A DNA stretch of 64,000 bases from the human T2T-CHM13v2.0 reference genome, Homo sapiens. The translations under genes and the position numbers were made by a program. This document shows, one piece after another, positions 45,338 to 57,701 of the stretch (position 1 is the first letter of the stretch; each line of letters starts with the position of its first letter). The notes beneath the pieces were generated by a model. It ran no database searches. It was given only the letters and a program-made list of their open reading frames with translations, and had not been told where the DNA came from. The DNA is taken from assembly GCF_009914755.1 (NCBI RefSeq), contig NC_060927.1; one strand, written 5' to 3'.

Positions 45338-45350
45338 ACACACACATGCA
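45312..45350. repeat. (CA)n microsatellite; a second (CA)n tract lies at 45480-45528
   Basis: Direct observation. Confidence 0.9.
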
Positions 45351-46138
45351 TGCATAAACACAGCCCCAAAACACTCACATCAATAACTGAGAAAAAAATG
45401 TTAAATCAGCTTGGGTTTTACATGTGTTTATCTCAAATACTTTCTGTTCTTCATGATACAATTTTTTAAATATTGGCTTACACATACACAGACACACACA
45501 CACACACACACACACATACATATACACACAAAATCCAAAAAATCAATTGCTGAATTCATTTATTCATTTTACAGTTTTCTTAGGTCAAGTTCCCATGAAG
45601 GAACTTCAACGGGCATCAGCAAGATGCTGGAATGTAATTTTTGCCCCAGAGTCTGTTGCCGACAGAGTCTGTCTGGCAAAGGAGTCAGGCTCCAGGGGAA
45701 CTTAAGTCCGAAGCATGGCTAGCTATCTGCTCTTCTACTAGAACAGGACAGTCCTCCTAAGAGGAGTAGTAAATGAGGCCCTTGGAAGTGAAAGCACATG
45801 GAAGAGGACTTAGAAATAGTATGAGGAAACATGATGGATATGGGCAGAGTGCTGAAAATGCCCCACTACAACAGTAAAATTAAAAATCTCGAACATCTTT
45901 CTTTATTGAATGAGCTACATTGAAATGTAGAAGCACAAGCAAAGTATACTAATAAAAAAGTAATAAATTCCATAAGACATTAAAAAATATTTAGATAAAA
46001 CAAATTGTAATCAACTGAGAAAGCATACTGATATAACATAAACAGTTTTCTTGAATTTGAATGTAAAGAATTATTTGCATGTACATTTAATTACTTAAAT
46101 GGTACCAGATTGTTAACGAACATATTTACACCCTATTG

Positions 46139-46437
46139 TTTTTTTCTTTTTTGAGATGGAGTATCGCTCTTATTGCCCAGGCTGGAATGCAGTGGCGCAA
46201 TCTCAGCTCACTGCAACCTCCATCTTCCCAGGTTCAAGCAATTCTCCTGCCTCAGCCTCCTGAGTAGCTGGGATTACAGGAGCCCGCCACTATGCCCAGC
46301 TAATTTTTTTTGTACTTTTAGTAGAGACGGGGTTTTACCATGTTGGCCAGGTTGGTCTCAAACTCCTGGCCTCACTATCCGCCCGCCTCAGCCTCCCAAA
46401 GTGCTGGAATTAAAGGCATGAGCCACCGCGCCCCGCC
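46139..46437 (-). mobile_element. AluS (Sg/Sx-like)
   Basis: Full antisense Alu body with a short T tail. Confidence 0.93.
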
Positions 46438-46660
46438 TACACTGTTTTTTAATGGCTAATAATTGCTATTAAGCAAGCCATTTGCTGCTGTTACTTTATC
46501 ATTTTAATTTATCTTTACTCCTTCTCCATCTTTTTCTTTCTCATTCCCCTCGTCTGTTCCATTATTTTCCCCTTCTCCCTTTTCTTCTTAATTCTTCTCC
46601 TACTTTTACTTCTTTCTTTTCTTTCTACATTAAATTATTAACTACTACTATCAGAGCTAC

Positions 46661-47280
46661 TGTTACCAGAAAGGGGTCCTGATTCAGACCCCAGAGAGGG
46701 TTCTTAGATCTCACGCAAGAAAGAATTTGGGCAAGTCCATAGAGTAAAGTGAAAGCAAGTTTATTAAGAAAGTAAAGGAATAAAAGAATGGGTACTCTGT
46801 AGACAGAACAGCAGCATGGGCTGCTTGACTGAGTATACTTAAAGCTATTTCTGGATCATATGCTAACAAGGGGTGGATTACTCATGAGTCTTCTGGGAAG
46901 GGGGTGGGGATTTCCTGGAACTGAGGATTAGATCATCTAGGGTAACTTCCAGATGTTGCCATGGCATTTGTAAACTGTCATAGTACTGGTGGGAATGTCT
47001 TTTAGCATGCTAGTGAATTATAATAAGCATGTAATGAGCAGTGAGGATGACCAGAGGTCACTTTCATCACCATCTTGGTTTTGCTGGGTTTTGGCCAGCT
47101 TCTTTACTACATACTATTTTATCAGCAGGCTCTTTGTGACCTGTATCTTCTGCTGACCTCCTATCTCATCCTGTGACTAAGAATGCCTAACCTTTTGGGA
47201 ACGTAGCCCAACATGTCTCAGCCTCATTTTACCCAACCCCTATGCAAGATGGAGTCACTCTAGTTCTAATGCCTCTGACA
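46661..47280 (-). mobile_element. MER41B-like ERV1 solo LTR (620 bp)
   Basis: Minus strand begins TGTCAGAGGCATTAGAACTAGAGTGACTCCATCTTGCATAGGGG (MER41-type 5' end) and ends ...GGTAACA. Confidence 0.9.
46891..46920. promoter_or_regulatory. Tandem GAS (STAT1-type) motifs within MER41
   Basis: TTCTGGGAA at 46891-46899 and TTCCTGGAA at 46912-46920, both matching TTCNNNGAA; activity not shown. Confidence 0.55.
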
Positions 47281-47422
47281 TCACAAACACAGCCACCAAC
47301 ATCACTACAATCACCATTTAATAAAAAAAATCAGGTATTAATTAAAAATATTTCCCCTATAATTTACACATTGTTTTTGTTTGTAGAATATAGTTCATAA
47401 ACAGTGATTGCTATATATACAT

Positions 47423-47464
47423 TTTTTCTTACATATATATGTATATATATATATGTAAGAAAAA
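47423..47464. repeat. 42-bp AT-rich near-perfect palindrome
   Basis: TTTTTCTTACATATATAT-GTATAT-ATATATATGTAAGAAAAA; the 18-bp arms are exact reverse complements. Confidence 0.9.
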
Positions 47465-47585
47465 TACTAAGAGTTATGATGTAATTATTGCTGGAATGGA
47501 TGCATACACATTCACCTATGAACTCAAACTTGAGGACCGATAGAAATAGAAAGATGTATGAGGTGAATGTGAGGAAAGTTTGGTG

Positions 47586-48216
47586 TGTTTTGTTTAGTTT
47601 TGTTTTGTTTTTAGAAAGTGTCTCATTCTGTTGCCCAGGCTGGAGTGCAGTGGCACAGTCATGGTTTGCTGTAGCCTCAAAGGCCTGGGCTCAAGTGATC
47701 CTCCCACCTCAGCATCCCAAGTAGCTGGGACTATAAGCATACACCACCATGCCTAGCTAATTTTTAAATTTCTTATAGAGACAAGGTCTCCCTATGTTGC
47801 CCGGTGATATGGTTTGGCTATGTCTCCACTCAAATCTCATTCTGAATTGTAACTCCCACAGGTTCCACATGTCGTGGGAGGTGATTGAATTATGGGGGCA
47901 GGTCTTTACTTCACTGTTCTCATGATAGTTGATAAGTCTCACAAGATCTGATGGTTTTAAAAATGGGAGTTTCTCTGCACAAGCTCTCTCTTTGCCTGCC
48001 ACCATCCATGTAAGACGTGACTTGCTCCTCCTTGCCTTCCACCATGATTGTGAAGCCTTCCCAGTCATGTGGAACAATAAATCCATTAAACCTCTTTTTC
48101 TCCCTAGTCTTGGGTATGTCTTTATCAGCAGGGTGAAAACAGTCTAATACTCCCAGTCTGATCTTGAACTCTTCCCAAAGGGCTAGGATTGCAGATGTGA
48201 GCCCCTGTGCCCAGCT
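47586..48216 (-). mobile_element. AluJ-like element split by a THE1 LTR, with a deletion in the left monomer
   Basis: CCTGGGCTCAAGTGATCCTCCCACCTCAGC (AluJ type); the Alu resumes at 48152. Confidence 0.88.
47805..48151 (+). mobile_element. THE1 (THE1B/C-like) MaLR solo LTR
   Basis: TGATATGGTTTGGCT.TGTC...CCTTGCCTTCCACCATGATTGTGA...TTTATCAGCAG.GTGAAAAC.G.CTAATAC; 5-bp TSD CCCGG/CCCAG. Confidence 0.93.
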
Positions 48217-50125
48217 GGAAGTCACTTTTAATGTTATATTTATTAATATGGATCAATAAGGTCTAAGAGTACTGCGATATTCGGAGGTAGAGAGATTTGC
48301 TTCAGGTTTGACACAAACTAATTTTAATATGACGATATATGACAATTATGCTTACATGTTGACATTGAGGCAGTGGCTCAAATGCTTTGAAAATATAAAT
48401 TACTAAATAAATAACAGTGAAAATTAACAAGAAATCAATCAATAAAAGGTCAAGTATATTGTTTTTTTAAAAAAAATATGAGTAAACACACTGATAACCT
48501 TAAGGTTTATGTGTGAGCTTTCTTGTTAGTTGTAAATTAAGGAAACACAAACTCAGATATCAAACTAAACTGCTGTGGGCTTAATTAGTTATTTAAGATC
48601 ATATCAGGCCCTGCATTGACAAGTCCTTCACCTGCCTTTTATAATGAGTTCATCTGGTAGATTTCACATGCATTCTTATTAGTTCCAACAAGACAAGAGA
48701 GAATAGGAAGGTCCTAAATGCTTCATTTTCCAAATGTGACTAAACTTTTTAATGTTCTAAAAGTGGATGCTGTGATTAGTATAAAATTTATTTTATCACT
48801 CTTAAATATTTTGGTACCGTTATATTGTTCTGTAGCTACAGATTTATTCGGCTGTTGTACTGTAATGTGTTAAAGGAACTTCTGAATCAAAATAATAATG
48901 ATGCATAAAGACAAATAATTTTCAGTTATGCAAAATTATGCAATTATTTTATGTCTAAAAAATAAGTTGCTTGTCTTTAGTTGCAATATGTTCCTTTATA
49001 GTTAACTGATTGAAACTGAAATAAGCAAATAGACTGAAGCATAATTTGAAAAGCAATACAATTTGTCTGCATTTGCTTTTAATTTTAGCCATGGATAACT
49101 AGATTCCAAAGAAAATGTATGTTTTATAGATACCTGTCTTTCAGTGTATAATACAGATTTTCTATCAAATTTCCAGGTGGATGATTTATTTTTCATGTAT
49201 GAGTGAGAGTCACAACAAACAAATACATCAGATAATTGACCTATGGCTGTTTTTAAAATCCAGCACTTGACCTGCATTTATTTTATGCTGTATGCTGGAC
49301 AAAGATGCATCACCTGGATGATCTGTAGAGAAAGAGAAGGCAGAAAGCTTTTTGGCAATAGTGACTGGTGAATGCACTAAGCTTTCAACTATTATCCTAT
49401 TGAAGATGAACTGGTTCTTTATATTTTTTTATTTCGCTTAAAACTTCAAAGCAATTTGAACTACAGTGAGAAAGTCATGTCAATTTGTAAACTAAAAGCC
49501 CTTACCCAGCTGCCTTCTGAGTGATATTTTAACATCTCCAGCAATAGAGAGTACTTGATAACATAAACTTGTGGCTCTCTGCAGACATAAAGTCAGAGAG
49601 CTGTTTAATGATCACATTTGCCCAACAAATGTGAGAGAATTCATTGGTTTAATGACAATCATTTGATGTTACTTTTAAAAATAGTGAGGAAATTATATAC
49701 AATAAAAGAAAAATAAATATTATGTGTCCGTTTATGCATTTCTGACTACATGGATGCCATGTTTGTCCAGAATCAAGTTTGGGGAAGGTCATTAATAAAG
49801 AGGAATTACCCAATTCTCTGCAATTTCACAAGAGAGAAGGTAGGCCCACAAAACTGAATCTCTCACTATGCTATTCTGGTGAAGAGAACAATATGTTAAA
49901 CATAAAAGAGACTCAGTAAACATCTCTTGACTGAATGTATGATTGCACAGAGCCTTAGATGTATATAGACGACAGAGAGGAGGGAATCCCATACTTCTTG
50001 GTTAGAATAGTGGTCTTGAAACTTCTCAGGTCCATTTGACTTGAACAAATTAAATAATCTGAGCCTCAATTCCTAATTTTTTAATATGGGCTGAGGAGGC
50101 CTATAAGGGGGGATGTTGCTGGGAA

Positions 50126-50750
50126 TGATACAGCTCCGATGAGTGGAGAACACCAGGTTCTTTCTCTGGAGTCGAATTAGAAAAAACGACACCAACACAG
50201 GTGGAGTAGTTTTAAGGAGCAGGGAGTTTAGTAGGCAAGAAAGAAAGGGGAAGAAAGCAAGAAGTTCCCCTCTACAGAAACAGAGGGAGGGGGGCTCCAA
50301 AGCTGAGAGACGGACCCCAAGTGCAGTGGACGCCAACCAGGTATATATACAGAGGCTGGAGGAGGCGGTGTCTGATTTGCATAGGGCTCAGGGGACTGGT
50401 TTGACCAGGCATGTCATTCACAAAGCCTGTGAAAAAGCTGGTCCTCTTTCCTAGCCTTTTAATATGCAAAGGCAGGGCACCACGGTGTTCCACATACCTG
50501 GGGATATGTGAGGGTAGTCATGTTGCCAGGATCCTGTGGCGAAAGGGCAAGAAGGCTGTGGAAATCGCCATGTTTGGGTGAACTCAGCTTTTAACTGCTG
50601 GCATTTGCATATCAAAGGTTGCCAGCCTGGCTCTAAGAGCTGGGGCTTTACAAGAAACTTTTCTGGAGATGCTTTAAAAAATGAAAATTTCCAAAGGACC
50701 CCTTTTCCTTTCTATCTGCCTAAAATAATTTTTTAATAACTCCTAACACA
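50126..50750 (-). mobile_element. LTR9-like ERV1 solo LTR
   Basis: TGATACAGCTCCGATGAGTGGAG...CTGCCTAAAATAATTTTTTAATAACTCCTAACACA; 4-bp TSD GGAA on both sides. Confidence 0.85.
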
Positions 50751-52679
50751 GGAAGATTAATTGACACGAGACACAGAGCACTTAGATTAATTGCTTAGAA
50801 ATAGCTTCCTTCCTTATTAGGGTTTCAGCTTTTTTAAATTGAATTTTTCATCTTTGTTAGTATGCATTTTATAAGCACTTTTGAATCTGCTTACTGTATG
50901 ATAAAAATATAGAGTGCTCTAAAGTGGCCTAAAATGCTCTAAAATATATTATAAAATATTGTAAAAGCATATATTTGCTTTATTTTGAGGATTTTTATTT
51001 TCTTTGCTTTCTATGATTTGTTGAAAAAAAACTTTTGAAAGAAAATTATTATTTTCTGACATTTACAGAGGGAAGGTGTATTATTCCATCACAAAGACAG
51101 TCATATTTCTGCTTATTTATTTTTTAGAAGAAATGTAATTCTCCTAAGAAGTTCTCCTTATTATTTTTATCCTAAAATCTACTTGCATCCAAATTTCTAA
51201 TAGAGAAATAAAATAAATGTTCATTTTTCCTGGATCCAGTGGTGATTCAATTTTTAAAAATTGCTGTTTAATATGAATTATTATTTAATTGATTTTATGG
51301 GAAAAAGAAACATCTGTACAATTATAAATGGAACCATAAGAGTGGAGATATATTATTTAACACATTTCTGGCATAATAAATGTGTAGACTGATCAACAGC
51401 ACCAGTGACTTTTTTCCAAAACACACTGTAAGAGAGCTTTCAAATACAAACATCTGTATGTGGTAGAGATCTTTCAAACTTTTACCAAGCATCATTTCTG
51501 TAAGAATAACATTCTCTAGGATGGTCGGAACTCTCTTGTAAAATCTAGACCAGAAGAATACAAATACCTGTGAGAAAATTACCCAGGCAGGGAAAAAATA
51601 TATATCCATTACAAAGAAATGGAAAACAAAAGAAAAGGGAACAGATTTCGACATATATCTCGATGGAAATGAAATTTAAATTTTAAATGCAACTACCTCA
51701 AGTAGTCCTTTTTAGGTTTAAAATCATTGCCATTATAAAGAAAAGACTAGGAACCAAAACACCACTTCATGTGCAAGTTAGTAGTGTAATGGCCATTATC
51801 GACTGTAACTTTAGATCTTCAAATTCAAAACCCTAATTTTTCAGTTAGAGAAAGGTTTTTCTCAGGGAAATGTAGACAGAAGGCAGAAAAAATATGTAAA
51901 TCATTTTCACATAACCATTTTTTGTTACATACCTCAAAAAAGAAAACCATACACATTTTCTCATAGAAAGGAGAGGTGGAAACTTCTTTGATTTATAACC
52001 TATAGTAATTCATTGCTTGAATCATTAATTCATTTGAAATCTATTTTTCAAGCACTGTGATTGATAGGCAGAAGAAGTTTAATACTTAGCAAAAGAAATA
52101 CAATTTCTCCCTCCATGGAAGGATGGAGACAAATAAACACATTAAAACAAAAGTAATTATGAGTGTGTTGTGTGTGTGTATTATGAGTGATGTGCGTTTA
52201 TAAAAGTAGAATATGCTATAGAATATATATTTGCATAGAGGAATGCAATTTCAAGTGAAATATAAAGAAAAAGCCTTATCAAAAGGAAACATTTAAGTTA
52301 ATCCTTAAGACTAAGTTGAATTTCTTTCAGGGAAGAGCATGGGTATGAGGAAAAGTCCTAAGCAAAAAAATAATGAGTAGAACTTTTGTTATTTGCCTTT
52401 CCCCTTCCCCCACTTTCTGTTTTGGAGGCTGAGATAATCACAGCCTCCTGTTCATGGCATTGTCATTACTATTCCTCACAAAGTTGCTCTCTTGTCTTAT
52501 TTATTTATTCCTTTATTTGGATTTCTGACTCCAAAACTCTTCATTATATACAGACATTGTATTGGGATTAATGTCCCCTCTTTTGTTTATATGTTTTATT
52601 TTAAGGTATGCATTGATGTTTTTTAAGCATATCTTCTCAACTTGTATAAATTATATTTATCTTATATTACACAAACTAA

Positions 52680-53420
52680 GGTGTCTGTTCAGAGTTCAAC
52701 TGAGCTGGAGACAGCTGAGCTGCCAAACATTGGAGTACCTGATTAAGAGAACAAGCCAAAACAAAAACAATTGTCAAGTCTTTAATCACTTACTGCAAGA
52801 GACTAAACTGGAGACAGTACCATCTCCCTTCCCCACCTCCCACACCCTGCAGTCATCCCATTTTTCCCTGTGGCATGTTTCTAATCAAGGATCAGGCAGA
52901 TCAGCACAAAGACATAAGGAGCCTCTCACCGCAGAAGGAGCCCTGAAAAAAAGGTTTGTATGATATTTCAGACCTATGTGCCGGGGAAGAGGAGGGAAAG
53001 GCAGACAGACTAGGAGTAGAAAAGTACTAAGTCCTGAGGCAGAGGAGCCCGATAAGGCCTCTGCCAAAAGCCTCCTTTCCCCAGTAGAGAGGGCTCCAAA
53101 TGAAGGCTCCTGGGTTACAAATGCAGATATGGACAAGAGTATGAATAGCCAGAGGAATCTGAGTCCTTGACTGAAGCTGAGATTGTAATGCACTAGTATG
53201 GAGAGGGCAGGGCAGCTTCCTCCATGAGGTCTGCCAGAGAAAGCCTTCGTAATCACTTATGATTCGGCCTGAAAAATCACACATAGGTTTTTATCCAGAA
53301 GCCAGACACCCCAATGCTTTGATACTATGTTGTCCAAACTCCTACAAGTCCTAAATCTTAATAATTCCCTGAATTTGCCAATCCACTACTCCTGACACAT
53401 TTTAGACTCACACATATTGA
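52680..53420. mobile_element. Probable ancient LTR-like repeat, family not recognised
   Basis: GC-richer block with sharp edges in AT-rich background. Confidence 0.3.
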
Positions 53421-54851
53421 CTGAAGTTTGGTACATGGTATACGGTGTTGTTAAATTTCAGTGTCTAATACCTCCTTTTTATTGAACTCATTTTTTTCTA
53501 TCTATACCCAAGCAACTTGAATTTATTTTAAACATGTAAATTGATAAATTATGTTAGTATTATTTTGACACATAGAAACAGAAGAACAATATTTCACAAA
53601 TAACTTTAAAATACAAACAAGTCTTATTTTAGGCAATTTGATATAATTAACTGGTTTAAATATGTTTTAATCTGTATTATTAATAGTATCTTGTTAGCAA
53701 TAAAATATATTTGTAGCATATATAAATGATGTTCAGTTTATACATGTTTTCATATAATTCCCTGAAATCATGAAGCACTAAAAATACACAATTTTCTATT
53801 AAAAAAGTTTAATCAGAAATTTCTCTTAACAGATTTTATAAAACAAGTCCTCAGTTTAGTGTACTATTTATTATCATTCAATAAATAACCCACTGGGAAA
53901 ACTTATTAATAAAAAATTACTTATAGAAATTATATTTCTACTTGGTCATACTCTTATTTCAAACTCTACTTAAAGGGTTAAAAGCTAGTTAGACGATTTT
54001 TTTTTATGACAACTTCTTCTAGTAGTCATTCCGAATTTGCTTTTTAGATGTATAAATATTTTATAAATGGCGGCACCAGTGAGTCTGATTATAATGGGCA
54101 CCTAAAGATAAGATGCAAGTCATAGACTCTTGAATAAAATATATCCCATTTTTAATATCACAAGTGACATCGTTTCAATTCAGAAAATTGTGATCTTGTT
54201 GGGGTAATACTTAGTACAGTCTAGACAAAAGATGGAAAAGTTTTGAAAATATTTAAAGTAAAATCATATAAAAGACTAGGTTAAGTTTTTGGAATGCTTT
54301 TGATTAGTTTCAATCTTTTGGAAAAATTGCTTAAGATTTCAAAAGTTTCTTATCAATGAAATAAGATTTTTATTTAGAAATGAGAAATTAAATACATATT
54401 TAATATAGTTACAGACTATGAAATGAGAAGTGATATTTTATTTTCTTAAAATAAAGTTATGTGTATTAGGCTCCTTTCAAATGTCTAGATTCGGAGAATG
54501 AATTCTATGAAAAGCTATTACTCAACATCTAGCCATCATTTTGCTCTTCACTATTGGAATTTCAAGGCTTCCATGATTTTCTTACATAAATCTTGATTTT
54601 TTGTTTTTTCATCAATCATAATAAATGATTGAGTTGATTGAAAATTGAGTTGTATGAAAATATAATTGTAATTTCATAGCCATATGTCCTAAGCACACTC
54701 TACTATCCTTGAAAACTTAGGAAATTAGACTCACACGTGAAGAAGAGTCAGGGTGATGTGGAAAACCTTCGATGAAGCATTAGGTACTATAATTATTTTG
54801 AGTCTTGGATACAAAAATGAAGAATTCTAGATTTAAGTTAAAGGTATATGT

Positions 54852-55188
54852 GGCAGGGTGCAGTGACTAATGCCTGTAATCCCAGCACTTTGGGAGGCCG
54901 AGTTTGGCAGATCACTTGAGGCTGGAAGTTCAAGGCCGAAAGTTCGAGACCAGCCTGGGCAGCATGGTGAAAAACCTATCTCTACTAAAATACAAAAATT
55001 AGCCTGGCATGGTGGCATGCATCTGTAGTCCCAGCTACTCTGGAGTCTGAAACACGAGAATCACTTGAACCCAAGAGGCAGAGCTTGCAGTGAGTGGAGA
55101 GGCGCCACTGCACTCCAGCCCAACAGAGTGAGACCCTCTCACACGCACACACAAAAAAACAACCACCACTAACAACAAAATAAGTAAA
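54852..55188 (+). mobile_element. AluSz/Jb-like element with an internal about 14-bp duplication
   Basis: GAGGCTGGAAGTTC-AAGGCCGAAAGTTC-GAGACC; degenerate TSD taagttaaaggtatatgt/taagtaataggtgtatgt. Confidence 0.92.
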
Positions 55189-56638
55189 TAAGTAATAGGT
55201 GTATGTTTTTCATAGTCTATGTTAATAGAAATATAATTACAATACAATGATACATTTAGATGTCACCACACAAAACGCAACTTTTCTCACTAACAAGCAT
55301 AATTCGTTGCCTAAATTGCAGTTCTTCAGACATATGAATGGCATGAATTACCTTTGACTTCACAGTCATAAACAGAAACCTTTTTATGTGGCCACACCAA
55401 TTTGTCTATTTGGGTATGACTGTAAGGACCTAATCAGGCTGATGGAGGATGCACAGCTATCTGGGCTCAGCTTTTGTCTGGGAACTCATACGTGGTTACA
55501 ATCTACCTCCATGAGAGGTAGAAGGAGAATGTTTTTCCTTTAGAAAATTGGTCTTATAAAATTTTAAGTCATACCTACATCCCTGAAAATTCTGAACTAG
55601 AAAGTTCCACAAAGATCCTCTAATATCTTGTCATTGTTTTCAAGAATGTAAAATTAATATTCGGAGAGTTTCAGAACTTGTCAAAATGTATGCCTGATGA
55701 TTCATCAAGCAGGTGTGATGGGATTTGTATAGCTAATGAAGCTACAAAGCACTCTCAGAACCTGGATTTCTCCATTCCTTATATATGAATCCTGCTACGA
55801 CACAATATTGATCAAAATTTTAATATTGCATGGGTTTTACAGCATCTCCTGAGATTGTTATTAATAAAGATGTAAATGATACTTTTTATTCTTTTGCTAT
55901 TTTTTCAACATTATCAGATATTTGCAATAAAGCTGGAAGAAACACTAATATGAAGGCAGTAGGTTTATGTACCTCTCTTCCACACTTAATATACTTTTTG
56001 TGCATTGCAGAGCACGTTTTTCAGTGAATTATTTTGCTTTTGGTTGTAAAGGACAGAATATGTAAAGGAAGGTGATTGTAAGGATTCATTTGGATATTGG
56101 TTTAGCCTATATAACTTCTAAGCTATTTCTCAGAACATAGTCTTATCATTTCACCAGTATGCTCATTTATACTGATTTATAAGACCTTTTTTTTAACGCA
56201 TGCTATATAACCAGCACACTTTCCATTTTACTGCATTACTGCAAAATAATTACTGTTGTTCCTGACGTTCTTTACCTGACATAGTTCACAAGACAGTGAA
56301 TATTATGGCAAATAATTAAATACAGGCTTCCTTACCTTTATATTCCAGTCTGTCTATTAATATATATTAAAATATATAAATATATTAAAAATAACTAAAT
56401 AGCTATATGCATATATAATTATAAGTAAATGTGTCTGTGTAAAGATATATGCATAACACATATTTAATACTTAAGGACAAGATTGACAATTATTTGATTT
56501 TTAAATATTCCTCTCTCTAACTTGAGTAGCAGTTTTCCACATTAATGAAAATAATTAGTTTCCCCAATTAGGATGAGTCTTAACTACAAATAACTAAGTA
56601 AGATCCTTCAATCAAGCTTAAATCTGCATAACATAAAA

Positions 56639-56757
56639 TTATATATATATGTGTGTGCATGTGTGTGTGCGTGTGTGTATGTGGGTGTGTGTGTGCATGC
56701 GCGTGTGCGTGTGTGTATGTGTGTGTGTGTGTGCGTGCGCGCGTGTGTGTGTGTGTA
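56639..56757. repeat. (TA)n(TG/CG)n alternating purine-pyrimidine microsatellite
   Basis: About 118 bp of near-continuous RY alternation including CGCGCG. Confidence 0.92.
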
Positions 56758-56997
56758 CAGTCATTCCCTGGTAGACTGTGGCGAGGCTAGTTCCAGAACT
56801 CCACCAAAGTCTCCAAAAATCCACATATTCAAGTTTCATAGTTAGCACTGTAGAACACACCTAAATACAAAGCTGGCTCTCTTTAAATGTGGGTTTCACA
56901 TCCATTAAAAACTATAATTTGCATCTGCATTTGGTTGAAAAAAATCTGTATATAAGTGGACCTGTGCAGTTCAAACCTGCAGTTCAAGGGTCCACTG
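56758..56997 (-). mobile_element. MER8 (Tigger-type MITE), full length
   Basis: CAGTCATTCCC ... TTGGTTGAAAAAAATCTGTATATAAGTGGACCTGTGCAGTTCAAACC...TTCAAGGGTCCACTG; 240 bp. Confidence 0.88.
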
Positions 56998-56998
56998 C

Positions 56999-57021
56999 AT
57001 ATATATATGTGTGTGTGCCTC

Positions 57022-57057
<36 letters not shown>
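56999..57057. repeat. (TA)n(TG)n microsatellite
   Basis: Direct observation. Confidence 0.9.
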
Positions 57058-57058
<1 letters not shown>

Positions 57059-57509
57059 TTTATAACTGGAGATGATGGATATCACTTCCATGTCTGATCC
57101 TTAAGAGAATGTTCATTTCTCCTCTATGCTCCTTTTTTTTTCCTGTCTTCCATTGCACTAATCCATCATGTGCCTGGGTGATGCACATAATGCCAATGTT
57201 TAAAGGGAAGCTGAAGAGAAAATATTTTGCTGAATTGTTTCATTAAGAAAAATTGCTCCACTGGGCAGGACTACTTATGTCAGGAATTATATTGAAAGGG
57301 TAATGGGGTCTTTTGTTCTTAGTAAAGGTAAAATATTTGTATTTCTTGATTTGTGTTAGCTCCAGCTTCACCAGCACAGTTTCTGCAGACTATGGTGGGC
57401 ACTCAATACATATTTGTGGATAAAAAAATTGAGCAGTAACCCTATTTATTAAATATAAGGGCCTATATTTATTAAATATAAGAATCCAACGTTAGCTGAT
57501 GGTAAAAAC

Positions 57510-57628
57510 AATTTTTAAAACATTTAATAATTTAATATATTAACAATTTAATAATAATTAAATTAAAACATTTAATAATTTAAAACATTTAAAACAATTA
57601 ATAATTAAATATTAAAATATTTAATAAG
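57510..57628. repeat. AT-rich degenerate minisatellite (TAAAACATTTAATAATT-like units)
   Basis: The unit recurs several times. Confidence 0.75.
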
Positions 57629-57701
57629 TTCATTCTTAGAATTTCTAGATACTTATATCACTAAATGAAGATAAAAAATCATTACCTAATAACTTAATGC
57701 C

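Noticed and set aside
52562-53284. Overlapping 123-133 aa ORFs on both strands
   Set aside because: No recognisable domain or splice structure; more likely a decayed repeat.
56639-56860. His/Thr-rich and Cys/Val-rich ORFs
   Set aside because: Translations of the (TG)n microsatellite.
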